From the NCBI RefSeq assembly GCF_030684675.1, contig NZ_JAUXXZ010000066.1, forward strand, positions 18,728-82,727: 64,000 bases of DNA. The letters are read 5' to 3'. Positions 20,146 to 30,400 of the stretch are shown here, one piece after another; the first letter of the stretch is position 1, and each line of letters opens with the position of its first letter. The position numbers and the translations under genes were made by a program. Source of the DNA: Daejeonella sp. Lineage in GTDB: Bacteria > Bacteroidota > Bacteroidia > Sphingobacteriales > Sphingobacteriaceae. The notes under the pieces were generated by a model. The model was not told the origin of the DNA and searched no databases. It saw only the letters and a program-made list of their open reading frames with translations.

Positions 20146-20776
20146 AATAAAATGTTTTAACCAAGGACAATTCAATGCCTGACATTTATCATTCTAATTA
20201 AATGGTATTTACGTTAAACAATTTCGACAAAAAAATATTGATTTCTAATTTATTTTAGATTTTACCTTAATAAGGTCCCGTCATACTATGAACAGTGGAA
20301 AGGATCACATTCAACCTGAGTATAGAATTATGGATTATGTATTCCCAATCCAATAAAAATGCTTGTATTGCATAATCCCAACTTATCAAAAAGAGATGAT
20401 GGTTGAAAACACCTAATGTAATATTTGATCTAAAATTGCCTAAAGGCCTGTGATCTTTTATCAGTAATCAAAAGTATAATTGAGAATTTTGATTGCCTGA
20501 AGATTATAAATATAAAACTGCATCAAACAGTTGAAAGAAAAAATAGATTACCCAATACTTATAAAAAAAGATTTTAATACTTATACCTATTTGAGCATTA
20601 ATAAATCAATATTGAAACTCAAATAAATTTAATTTACAATCTTTTAGTTAAAATGTTTTGACTTTTAACTTGGAAAAATGATTCTATAGATTCTGTTTCC
20701 GGATATTAATCATCCTTTTAAAGCTTTGGAAATTTATTAAGCAAAAGTTCAAAAAAGCCATAGGAAGGGTTATTGC

Positions 20777-21910
20777 CTAAAATTGTATCAAGCAGGTGAC
20801 TGCTGGTACAGTTATTTGTTCTCCTGTAGGCCTAAGTTTACCAGTTTTATTATTTCTTTCGAAAACTACTACATTATCTGTATTTTGATTTGCGGTTAAA
20901 GCATATTCTCCTTTTTTATCAATCATAAAATTTCGTGGATGTTTACCACCTGTGTTTTCATGACCCACTAAAGTAAGCATGCCATTCTTTGGATTCACCT
21001 CATAGATAACAAGACTTTCGTGCCCACGATTTGAAGCATATAAAAATTTTGCATCGGGGGAAAAATGAATATCTGCTGCAGAATTCCTTTCAACAAAGCC
21101 TTCGGGGCGCATATTTAGACGTTCTAAAGCTTTTAGTTCCCCAGTCCTTTTATTAACAAGGAAAGAAGCGACGGTTGATGATATTTCTTCAGCAGAGTAA
21201 GCAAATTTACCATTGGGATGTATTTTGAAATGTCTTGGCCCTGAGCCGGGAGTATTCTTTACAAATGGAACCACTGCAGAGCTAAGTTTGCCATTTTCAT
21301 TTACCTTGTATATCATAATTTTGTCTATGCCAAGATCCGATACATAAAGGAACCTACCATTATGTGATGGAATTGCTGAATGTATATAGGATCGCTCCTG
21401 CCGTCCTACAACAATACTGCTACCCGTATGCTTGATAAAATCAGAGGCTTTAGCTAAGGACCCATCCTTGTTTATTGGGAAAACAGATAATGAGCCATCT
21501 CCATAGTTTGAAACATAAGCAAATCTGCCTTTGGGATCTACGCTTATGTGTGCTGGGCCCCTCCCACCGCAAGATTGCTCATTAAGCTTGGTTAATAACC
21601 CGCTTTGAGCATCAATATTAAATGACATGACACTCCCATTGCCATCAGACAATGTACCCTTACTGTAAATGGAATACAAGATTTTATTATCAGGGCTTAG
21701 AGCTAAAAAACCTGGGCCGGTACCCTCAGTAACTGTTTGCAACTCCTTAAATTTCCCCTGAAGTCGGTCAAATTCGAACACATATATACCTTTACTGCCT
21801 CTAACCGAGGAAGTACCAGCATATATAATATCTCTTAAAGGTAATTGAGCTGAAATATCTTTAACAATCAAAACTATGAGAAGGGCAAGAAAAATAATTT
21901 TTGTTTTCAT
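20777..21910 (-). CDS. Lactonase, 7-bladed beta-propeller (Pgl/YbhE-like), Sec signal
   Basis: GPAHISVD, VSNYG, DLGID, GSGPRH, SNRGH and GKHPRNF motifs; signal peptide ending ISA-Q. Confidence 0.88.
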   Translation of the reverse strand: MKTKIIFLALLIVLIVKDISAQLPLRDIIYAGTSSVRGSKGIYVFEFDRLQGKFKELQTVTEGTGPGFLALSPDNKILYSIYSKGTLSDGNGSVMSFNIDAQSGLLTKLNEQSCGGRGPAHISVDPKGRFAYVSNYGDGSLSVFPINKDGSLAKASDFIKHTGSSIVVGRQERSYIHSAIPSHNGRFLYVSDLGIDKIMIYKVNENGKLSSAVVPFVKNTPGSGPRHFKIHPNGKFAYSAEEISSTVASFLVNKRTGELKALERLNMRPEGFVERNSAADIHFSPDAKFLYASNRGHESLVIYEVNPKNGMLTLVGHENTGGKHPRNFMIDKKGEYALTANQNTDNVVVFERNNKTGKLRPTGEQITVPAVTCLIQF

Positions 21911-22106
21911 TGTGCATATGATTGAATTCCTTTAATGTATTCCTATTATTAGCTTTTAATGTTATTTAATCGATTTCTCCAACTGCTCAAATACCTCCGG
22001 CTCGGTGAATTTATCTTAAAAAATATTGCTAATTCGACTCATAAAATAGTCCGCTTCAATAATCAAAGCACAAGACCTTAATAGTCAAGACCAAATGAGC
22101 AAAAAA

Positions 22107-23357
22107 TCAATCCGGGATACTAATACCATTAAGATCCCAAACTATATTACCAGCACGAATAGTAAGTTCAGCTTCAAGTTTTTGAGTTCCTTTCACTTTA
22201 GTTCTCCTGACATCAGTAAAACCGAAATCGCCATTCCTTACGCTGAATATCGCTACATCTGCCTCCGCTCCAACAGATAAATTACCCAAATCTTCCCTTT
22301 GTATTTGCTTTGCAGGAGTCATTGTAGTTAGTTTAAAAACAGTTTGCAGATCCATCCCCATAGCCATGAATTTTGACATTACATTCAAAAGATCTTTCAT
22401 GGCAGCATTCTTACTTCCATTATTAAAATCAGTACTAATGGAATTTGGAACAAAACCCTGTTTTAATGCAGGTACAGCCTGAGAAAATGCAAAAGCACCT
22501 GCTCCATGACCCACATCGAAAATTATTCCGTTCTTTTGAGCTTCAATTACAAATGGCTTAAGTTTACCATTTTCGTCAACAATTGTTTCTCTGCTAGAAG
22601 CCCCTCCGGCAAAAGTATGAGTGAATATATCACCAGGACGGAGATGCCTTGTAAATAGCTCTTCAATAGATTGTGGAGGACTATGCTCTCCAAAATCAAC
22701 CATGACCGGCATATTTACAATCTTACCTGCTTCAACAGCCCGGTCAACAGAAATCCAGTCGCCACGTTTATAGTGAGATACCTTTATACCAATTATATAT
22801 TCCTTGTTTTTCTTTACCGACATTGCCGTCAGAGTTGCATCCATATCACCAGTATTCTGCTCCCAGGGTTCCCTGCCAAGGTACCCTTCACCAACAATAT
22901 TCAGCCAGGCAAGTACCCTTGTCCTGGACCTGTCGATTGTGTGAGCTTTAAAAGCATTAAAAGATTTCCATCCAGAGCTTCCGGCATCAATTGATGTAGT
23001 GACACCTGTTCTAAATGTAAAGTCGTCGGGCATTGGATCGCCTTTTCTTTCTTCAGATATGCCGGCAAAATGATGGGCATGCATATCAATTAATCCCGGG
23101 GTTACGTATAAGCCCTTCGCATTAATAATCCTTTTGGCAGAATTTACGGGAATATTGGCGACAACCTGAGAAATCTTCTTACCAGTAATTGCTACATCCA
23201 TTATAGAATTGATATTATTTTTAGCGTCAATGACATGACCACCCTTTATTAAAATATCTATCTGCTGAGCCTTAGTTACTGTTAATCCCACTGCAAAAAA
23301 TATCATAATTGTCATTAAGCAGGAATTACTATATTTCTTTAATCCATTCATTTTCAT
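22107..23357 (-). CDS. Amidohydrolase/deacetylase-family metallohydrolase (COG3964-like), Sec signal
   Basis: PGLIDMHAH, KVSH, RPGDIFTH, FDVGHG and ISTD motifs; signal peptide ending TKA-Q. Confidence 0.88.
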   Translation of the reverse strand: MKMNGLKKYSNSCLMTIMIFFAVGLTVTKAQQIDILIKGGHVIDAKNNINSIMDVAITGKKISQVVANIPVNSAKRIINAKGLYVTPGLIDMHAHHFAGISEERKGDPMPDDFTFRTGVTTSIDAGSSGWKSFNAFKAHTIDRSRTRVLAWLNIVGEGYLGREPWEQNTGDMDATLTAMSVKKNKEYIIGIKVSHYKRGDWISVDRAVEAGKIVNMPVMVDFGEHSPPQSIEELFTRHLRPGDIFTHTFAGGASSRETIVDENGKLKPFVIEAQKNGIIFDVGHGAGAFAFSQAVPALKQGFVPNSISTDFNNGSKNAAMKDLLNVMSKFMAMGMDLQTVFKLTTMTPAKQIQREDLGNLSVGAEADVAIFSVRNGDFGFTDVRRTKVKGTQKLEAELTIRAGNIVWDLNGISIPD

Positions 23358-23386
23358 TTTGATTAATATTGATTTTAATTGAGTAA

Positions 23387-24958
23387 TTATTTCTTTTTTA
23401 ATGGTACAAGCCGAACAATGTGTCCCGTATCTTCGATCATTAGGTAAATAAACCCATCTGATGGAACCTTTACATCCCTTATTCTACCAATATTTTCGAG
23501 GAGTATTTCATCATGTACTGGCTTCCCATTGTTAAAAACTGTCCTATTCAATCTTTTATGTACCATCGCTCCAACAAACAAATTACCTTTCCACTCTGGA
23601 TAAATATTGCTAAACACGAAGTCAAAGTCAGAAGGTGCAATAGAAGGTGTCCAATGATGGGCAGGTGCCTCAATTCCCACTCGAACTGTATCCCCGGAAA
23701 TAAGAGTACCATCATAGTTTCTGCTAAAAGTTACATCTGGCCAGCCATAGTTCCCTCCTGATTTTAGCAGATTTAGTTCTGAGCCACCCATTTCACCGTG
23801 TTCAGTTTCCCAAATTTCTCCCGTTAACGGATGTCTGATCAAACCTTGTGGTTGACGATGACCATAGGTATAAATTTCAGGTAGTACCTTTAAACTATCA
23901 ACAAATGGATTATCATTTGGTATCGTTCCATCATCTTTAAAACGCATTACCTTACCCGATGGATTTGTTTTATCCTGAACTGTTTTCCACCTGTGCCGAT
24001 CATCTATTGTGCGCTGTCCTACGGTGAAATAAAGAAACCCATACTTATCAAAAGCAATTCTGCTTCCGAATGTTTCACCTCCTTCTTTAAAGGGACCAGC
24101 TTTATAGATTATTTTTTCATCGAAAAAATGATTTCCAGTAAGCTTAGCCCTCATTAGTACAGTATAGCCCCCCTCAGGTTTTTTAGGTTCTATGTAATAG
24201 GACAAATAAATCAATCCATTCCTGGAAAATTGAGGATGTAACTTCAGATCGCGTAAACCCTTTGGTACATTACCGGAAACAGAATTAGCCACCAACTTGC
24301 CATCTTTAACTATTCTGAGATTTCCTGAGCGCTCAGTGATCAACACTCTATTATCGTGCAAAAACGCCATACTCCAGGGTCTTTGCAGACCCGAAACAAC
24401 TGTATCAACCATGAAAACTAATTCCTCAGAAGATATAGCATTGATAACTTTTTCGGGAATTGGAAAGTATTTACTCTTAAATCTGCTCTCAATGTTAAAA
24501 TCAGATACTGGAAGTAAATTTTTTGGTTTCGAAACAACTCGTGCATTTTTTTCAGAGACTAACTGCCTGATATAAGACACTAGTTGCCATCTTTTCTCAG
24601 CAGATAATGATTCCTTATAAGATGGCATACTTCCTCTGCCTTCGGATAGCTTCCAAAAGAGCGCTCCATCCTTTTGATCAGAAACAAGTGGAAGATGAAA
24701 ATTTGCTGGTTTAACCGATAATTCGCCACCAAGTACCCCATTTCCATAGCCTGTATCTCCATGGCATGATTGACAATACTGTAAATAAAGTTCCTTTCCT
24801 TGTACCAGGGTATTTGGGTTCTGACGAAATGTCGATTTTAAGCCATCTGTCCATGCAGGAGCTTTCCAGGGTTCTTGCAGCGGTTTCAAACTGAGAAGTA
24901 AAACCAAAACAATAGCAGATGAGAAAAGTACGCTGATGAAAATATTGTTTTTATTCAT
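23387..24958 (-). CDS. Cytochrome c fused to a PQQ-dependent sugar dehydrogenase (GSDH/Asd-like) propeller
   Basis: N-terminal hydrophobic segment, CQSCH haem motif with distal GSMP; LQRPWSMAF, GHRQPQG, GGNYGWP and GRIRDV motifs. Confidence 0.82.
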   Translation of the reverse strand: MNKNNIFISVLFSSAIVLVLLLSLKPLQEPWKAPAWTDGLKSTFRQNPNTLVQGKELYLQYCQSCHGDTGYGNGVLGGELSVKPANFHLPLVSDQKDGALFWKLSEGRGSMPSYKESLSAEKRWQLVSYIRQLVSEKNARVVSKPKNLLPVSDFNIESRFKSKYFPIPEKVINAISSEELVFMVDTVVSGLQRPWSMAFLHDNRVLITERSGNLRIVKDGKLVANSVSGNVPKGLRDLKLHPQFSRNGLIYLSYYIEPKKPEGGYTVLMRAKLTGNHFFDEKIIYKAGPFKEGGETFGSRIAFDKYGFLYFTVGQRTIDDRHRWKTVQDKTNPSGKVMRFKDDGTIPNDNPFVDSLKVLPEIYTYGHRQPQGLIRHPLTGEIWETEHGEMGGSELNLLKSGGNYGWPDVTFSRNYDGTLISGDTVRVGIEAPAHHWTPSIAPSDFDFVFSNIYPEWKGNLFVGAMVHKRLNRTVFNNGKPVHDEILLENIGRIRDVKVPSDGFIYLMIEDTGHIVRLVPLKKK

Positions 24959-25707
24959 TATTGAAATTTAAGCAAACCAAAAAATTGAGGGAGATGGAAT
25001 GTAGGCTTAGGTGCATCTATCACCGACCAGGTTGCATGGTGAGGATTTGAATTTATTTCTGCGATTTTGTAAAAATTAGCTCTCCAAATTACTCCCTTTT
25101 CAGGGCGAGCTACCTTCGAATAATTTTCGAGCATATTAATTGGAATTTTATACTCTACTGTCCAGGTTATGGGTTCTGATATTTCAGGATCTACCTGACT
25201 AGGAAGTGAATGTCCTATGGTGATTTTCTTAATATCTTCAATTACAGGCCGTTTACGTGGTATAGAATTATATCCCAATAAAGGTGTCCCACCACAATTT
25301 ACCTCAAGATTAAAATAACTCTTAGGCATAGCTGGATCCGGTGAAAAAAAGAATTCAACGGCTGAATCTTTCCAAACAGGTCCGTTAATCTCAGTAGTTA
25401 TACTTCTTACATAACGATCCTCCACCCTAAAAATAACATATATATTTTCATTATCATACATCAGCTTTGCATTTACGCGGGGACGAAATTTCGGATTTTC
25501 ACGGATGAAATTATTGACCTCGATAGGCTTTACTTTTCGCCATTGAGGTTTATTCCAATTCCCATCTATCTTTAGCTCATGCTTTAACCTAATAACCTTA
25601 TATGTTTTCGCTTCATTTTTTAAGTTTAAAGAACTTTCCTGAGCGCTGGCCATTTGCGGAATCCACAAACTCAGAATAAGGATCAATGTCAATTTATAAG
25701 TATTCAT
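24958..25707 (-). CDS. Carbohydrate-binding family 9-like (DOMON/CBM9-like) secreted protein
   Basis: KIDGNWN..W, YDNENIYV, VWKDSAVEFF, YFNLEVN and WRANFYK motifs; stop overlaps the next start (TAATG). Confidence 0.75.
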   Translation of the reverse strand: MNTYKLTLILILSLWIPQMASAQESSLNLKNEAKTYKVIRLKHELKIDGNWNKPQWRKVKPIEVNNFIRENPKFRPRVNAKLMYDNENIYVIFRVEDRYVRSITTEINGPVWKDSAVEFFFSPDPAMPKSYFNLEVNCGGTPLLGYNSIPRKRPVIEDIKKITIGHSLPSQVDPEISEPITWTVEYKIPINMLENYSKVARPEKGVIWRANFYKIAEINSNPHHATWSVIDAPKPTFHLPQFFGLLKFQ

Positions 25708-25804
25708 ACAGGTTGAGCTTGTTTGAAATTTATTCCATAGAGAACATTGATCATTCTAAAGCTTTGAAACATTGAATAATAGTAACCGAAGTATGATATC
25801 AGGA

Positions 25805-25844
25805 TGAACAGCATCCTTGACATTATTATCTCGGATGCTGTTCA
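25805..25844. other. Stable hairpin downstream of susD2
   Basis: Perfect 12-bp inverted repeat TGAACAGCATCC / GGATGCTGTTCA with a 16-nt loop; no U-tract on the sense strand, so it may stabilise mRNA rather than terminate it. Confidence 0.55.
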
Positions 25845-25866
25845 GTAATTAAAAAAACCTGTGTAC

Positions 25867-27423
25867 TTAATTTTTATCCCACCAAAGAGGTGTTGAAGCT
25901 AAATCAGGTCCCCCCAAAAGAGCTACTGCATCTTTCACAGCCTGCCCGTTCCTATCCTTGTCATATTCAAGAAATACAATGCGACGTACAAATTTCCCAA
26001 CTGGAACATCGGGATTATCCGAATTAATCACATTATATCTTTTGGGAAAGCCTGATCTCCTGACCTCGGCCCAGGCTTCCTGTCCATCAGGGAATAAAGC
26101 CAGCCATTTTTGTGTTCCAATCTGTTCTCGCTGCTTAGTTGGATCACTAGAAAATTTTACAGGAATATCACTTATAGCAGGAGTATTAAAATATCCTCCG
26201 GGAGCAGAGGGAAGATTAGTACTATTTATATAACTATTAATAACTGTTACATCGGTAATGCCATTCGTTCGCATAGACATTTCAATACCTTTGGCATATA
26301 ATTCAGCCGCAGTCCCGCCCATGTTCCAGCCATTTACGGCACCTTCTGACCGGAGTAAATACGCTTCGCCAGAACGAATAACCGTCATTGGCTCGGTAGT
26401 CATTTTAACTGGTGTAAAACGGTCGTTTAGATTAGAAGCGTTATTATATCCATTTTGAGGTAAAACAATTTGAGCTGGAATCATCCCATTTCTTAACCCA
26501 CGGTATTGCTTATCATTAACAGCTGGTTGAAAATAGCTACTAAGGCGTGGGTCATCATAGCCTTTCAAGAAGCTCTCCATAGTTTGGCTCATCCTGAATT
26601 CATTCCAAGCTGAGATAAATCCAAGGGCATTCGGACGGGCGGGATCAACTTTCAAATAGGCATCATCAGCAACAACTGTCATAACACCGTTAGCAACGGC
26701 TGCCTCAGCCTCAGTCTTTGCTTTAGCAGCATCTACTTTGGAAATTCTCAACGCAAGACGTAGACGTAACGTATTTGCAAACTTAAGCCATTTGGCATTA
26801 TCCCCGTTGTAAATCAAATCCTGAGATCCATAACCAGGTAGTGCAATATTATTTTTAAGATCAGCACTTGCTTCGGTTAATTCCTTGAAAAAATCGTAAT
26901 AGATATCCTTCTGTGAGTCATAAGCAACTGCTTTTTCCGTAGAGCCAATTTTTGAGTAAGGTACAGGTCCATAATAATCTGTAATACGCATTAAACTAAA
27001 TACTTTCCAAATTCGCGCAATTGCATTCAAAGGTTTAGTTTCGGGTGTCTGTGTTTGCTTAATAATTGTTAATAATGACGGCATGGTAAATACATATGAC
27101 CGTATCCAATGATTTTGTAAGCGAGCCTGAGTTAAATCAAAACGATCCGATGCGAAGGATGTTTGAGTTACAGCAAAATACTGAGCATATAAATCAGCAA
27201 ATGCGTTCACTCCTCTTTGATATTGTGTTCCGCCGCCCAGAGCAACTCCCTGCCATTGTGCATTTGGGAACAGACCCTTCAAATCAGTTGGACTTAATGT
27301 CGTAACGGCTGTAGGGTCGGTATTTCTTTCGTCAAACTCCTTTGTACAGCTACTCAGAATAGCTGCAGCAAGCACTAAAAATAGCATATTAAGCTTTAAC
27401 GGAATATTTATATAATTTTTCAT
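25867..27423 (-). CDS. susD: SusD/RagB-family lipoprotein
   Basis: Lipobox AILSS-C, DYYGPVPYS and EAWAEVRRSGFP motifs, C-terminal PLWWD. Confidence 0.93.
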   Translation of the reverse strand: MKNYINIPLKLNMLFLVLAAAILSSCTKEFDERNTDPTAVTTLSPTDLKGLFPNAQWQGVALGGGTQYQRGVNAFADLYAQYFAVTQTSFASDRFDLTQARLQNHWIRSYVFTMPSLLTIIKQTQTPETKPLNAIARIWKVFSLMRITDYYGPVPYSKIGSTEKAVAYDSQKDIYYDFFKELTEASADLKNNIALPGYGSQDLIYNGDNAKWLKFANTLRLRLALRISKVDAAKAKTEAEAAVANGVMTVVADDAYLKVDPARPNALGFISAWNEFRMSQTMESFLKGYDDPRLSSYFQPAVNDKQYRGLRNGMIPAQIVLPQNGYNNASNLNDRFTPVKMTTEPMTVIRSGEAYLLRSEGAVNGWNMGGTAAELYAKGIEMSMRTNGITDVTVINSYINSTNLPSAPGGYFNTPAISDIPVKFSSDPTKQREQIGTQKWLALFPDGQEAWAEVRRSGFPKRYNVINSDNPDVPVGKFVRRIVFLEYDKDRNGQAVKDAVALLGGPDLASTPLWWDKN

Positions 27424-27472
27424 TTCCTAAAATTTAATAATGTAATGACATTAATCTAACTCTTTATTAAGA

Positions 27473-30400
27473 TTAAAATGATGCTTTCAAATTAAGACCA
27501 AATGTTTTTGAAAATGGAAGTGCGATATACTCATTTCCTCCCCTGCCACGTGCAATATCAGGATCGAATGGAGTTGACTTGCTAAAAAAGAATAAATTTC
27601 TTCCAATCAAGGAAATCCTTGCACCCTTAATATATTTCGTCTTGGTCAGCAACTTTGTTGGAATTTTGTAATCCAATGTCATTTCTCTTAATCTCATATT
27701 CGTTGCAGAATAATTGTATTCTTCACCAGTAGGTTTCCTGTCACCTATGGTACTGAAATAGGCTTGAGATGTTATTGAAGTCGTATTCTTAGTACCATCT
27801 GCGCGGTAAGCATCTAATACAATACCTCCTTCACGACCCTCTAAAGAACGTTTCGAGTGTCCATCCGCATCTAACAATGGTTGAGTACCCGCAATTATAT
27901 TCCCCCCATTTCTGTAATCGATTTGAAAACCAAATGACAAATTTTTATAGTTAAAACTATTTGTTAAACCTGCCATGAGATCAGGGTTAAAATTACCGGC
28001 ATACGTGGTTAAACCCGGGGTAAGTAATGGACGCCCCAGATTGTCGACCAATTTGCCTCCTTGTGCATTCCTTTGCCAGCCTTTCACATACAATTCACCA
28101 AAAGGCCTGCCTACTTCCACCCTTGTGGTAACGATATCGTCGCTTTGTATTATTACCGACTTTTGTTCATCAGTAATTCGTACAACATTGTTGTTATTCT
28201 TGGAATAATTAAATGTTGCATCCCATGAAAAACTTCCAAGTTTGATAGGGGTAACATTCATGATAAGTTCGATACCGTTGTTCTCAATCAATCCGGCATT
28301 AATATATCTTTGATCGTAAGTTGAAGCTGACGGCGCCCCTATGAGAAGCAACTGATTGGTCGTTTTGGTTTTATAATATGTTAAATCAAAACCTAAGCGA
28401 TTGTTGAAAAATCTCCAATCCAAGCCTGCTTCAAAGGAAGTGGTTAATTCAGGTTTATAATTATCAAAAGTCTGAATTGTTGGAGTTGAAATAAGACCTC
28501 CAATACCAACCCTGTAATACTCTTTTCCAAAATAGGCATTACCTCCGTTTCCGGCATTAGCTGACGAAATTCTAGCTTTACCGTAAGAAACCCAGGAAGG
28601 CAATTTAACCATATCAGATACAATTGCTGTTAAACCAATTGAAGGATAAAAAACCGATTCTTCTCCTCCTGGAAGCGCTGAAGACCAGTCATTTCTTCCT
28701 GTAACATCCAAATACAAATAATTCTTGTAGGCAAAAGTAAGTGAGGAATAAACAGACTGAATAAGAGGGCTTTGAGAATATGTATTAACAGCCTGAATAG
28801 CCCTTGCATTACCCAAATAGAAAAAATCCTGCTTATTTAAACCATTGGTATTACTGGTAGTCCCGCGATTTGTACTCCCCTGGGTATATCCTCCAATATG
28901 ACCGGATAAATTTATGGTTTTTGTCAGATCCCTTTTAAATGTTAATAATCCATCAATGTTTGAGTTGATATTATTATTAAAACCCATAGAATATGTTGAC
29001 CCTACAGTACTCCAATATGAATCAGAATAGGTCTTATTTTCATTTTCAGAAAAAGTCCTGTTTATATTACCTCTAATTTGAAAAGATAACCAATTATTAA
29101 AATCGTATTTTGCTGAAAGGAGTCCTACTACACGACTCACATTTTCGTTATTTAGATTTCGGTACATGTAGAAATAAGGATTCCCGATAATTGAGGACCC
29201 CGGTTTCCAATAATTCTGCCGGAGATTACCGTTTACATCTGTATACATATAATTCCTCATCTCACTTGTTGGAATTGAAACAGGTGTTCTATAAATAGAA
29301 GTAATAGCATAGCTTACCGGGCTATTATCAACATTTTCTGCATTATAAGTTAACTTGGTATCAATAGAAAGTTTTTTAGATATTGTATTGTTTACTCTTA
29401 ATGTCAGGTTATGTCTTGTAAGATCATTATTCATCATCACTCCCTGAGCCATTATATTCCCGTATGAAAAGAATGTTTGCATTTTTTCAGTTCCGGTGTT
29501 GATACTAAAAGAGTTATTATAAGTTGCCCCTGTTCGAAAGAAATCCTTTAAGTTATCTGGTTGCCCAGCGAGTGATATGGTCTTTCCATTCCATAATGCA
29601 ACGCTTTGACCTGTCATTTTAGGGCCATAGCTATGCTCTGAAGATGGAACATAAATTCCAGCATCGCCCTGCGCATATTCACTTTGAAGCTCAGTATGAA
29701 TATCAGCCTGATCAAAGAGAACCCCTCCATTAAAATCAACAGATGTTGTTCCAGCCTTTCCCCGTTTAGTTGTAATAAGAATTACTCCGTTCTGACCAGC
29801 GCTACCATACAGTGCAGCTGCCGCTGCACCCTTAAGTACAGTAATACTCTCAATATTATCTCCATCTTCAATACCTATACTTCCAGGAACACCATCTGTA
29901 ACATATAAAGGTGCATTATTACCTGTTATTGAGCGGTTTCCACGGAGTAAAACCGTTGATCCTCCTCCAACACCACCTGACCCTCTGGTTATAGTCATAC
30001 CTGCAACTTTTCCCTGCAAAGCATTTACCACATTAGTTCCTGTAGCCTTTGTTAGTTCTTCTCCTTTAACATTCTGTGCAGAGTAAGTTAAAGATTTCGA
30101 TTCCCTTGAAATACCCAAAGCAGTTACAACTACCTCGTTCAACACTGTATTTGCAGTTTCCAATTGAATGTTAATTGTGGTTCTGTCACCTACAACAAGC
30201 TCCTGGGTATTATAACCTATGTATGTAAATACCAAAACACTGCCATTATCAGGAACATTTATAGAGTATTTTCCATCAAGATCAGTTGTGGCACCGGTAT
30301 TAGTACCTTTAATTTTAATACTTACCCCAGGGAGAGTTTCTCCTTTGGAATCAGTAACCTGTCCGCGGATAAGAATATCAGCAACGAAGTTTATATTTTC

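Noticed and set aside
20777-21910. Assigning the lactonase as housekeeping pgl
   Set aside because: It has a cleavable signal peptide and no zwf/gnd context, so a non-phosphorylated aldonolactone is more likely; no symbol given.
2142-23357. Calling the amidohydrolases dihydroorotase (pyrC)
   Set aside because: They have signal peptides, four copies, no pyr genes nearby and COG3964-type motifs; this is a known misannotation for the family.
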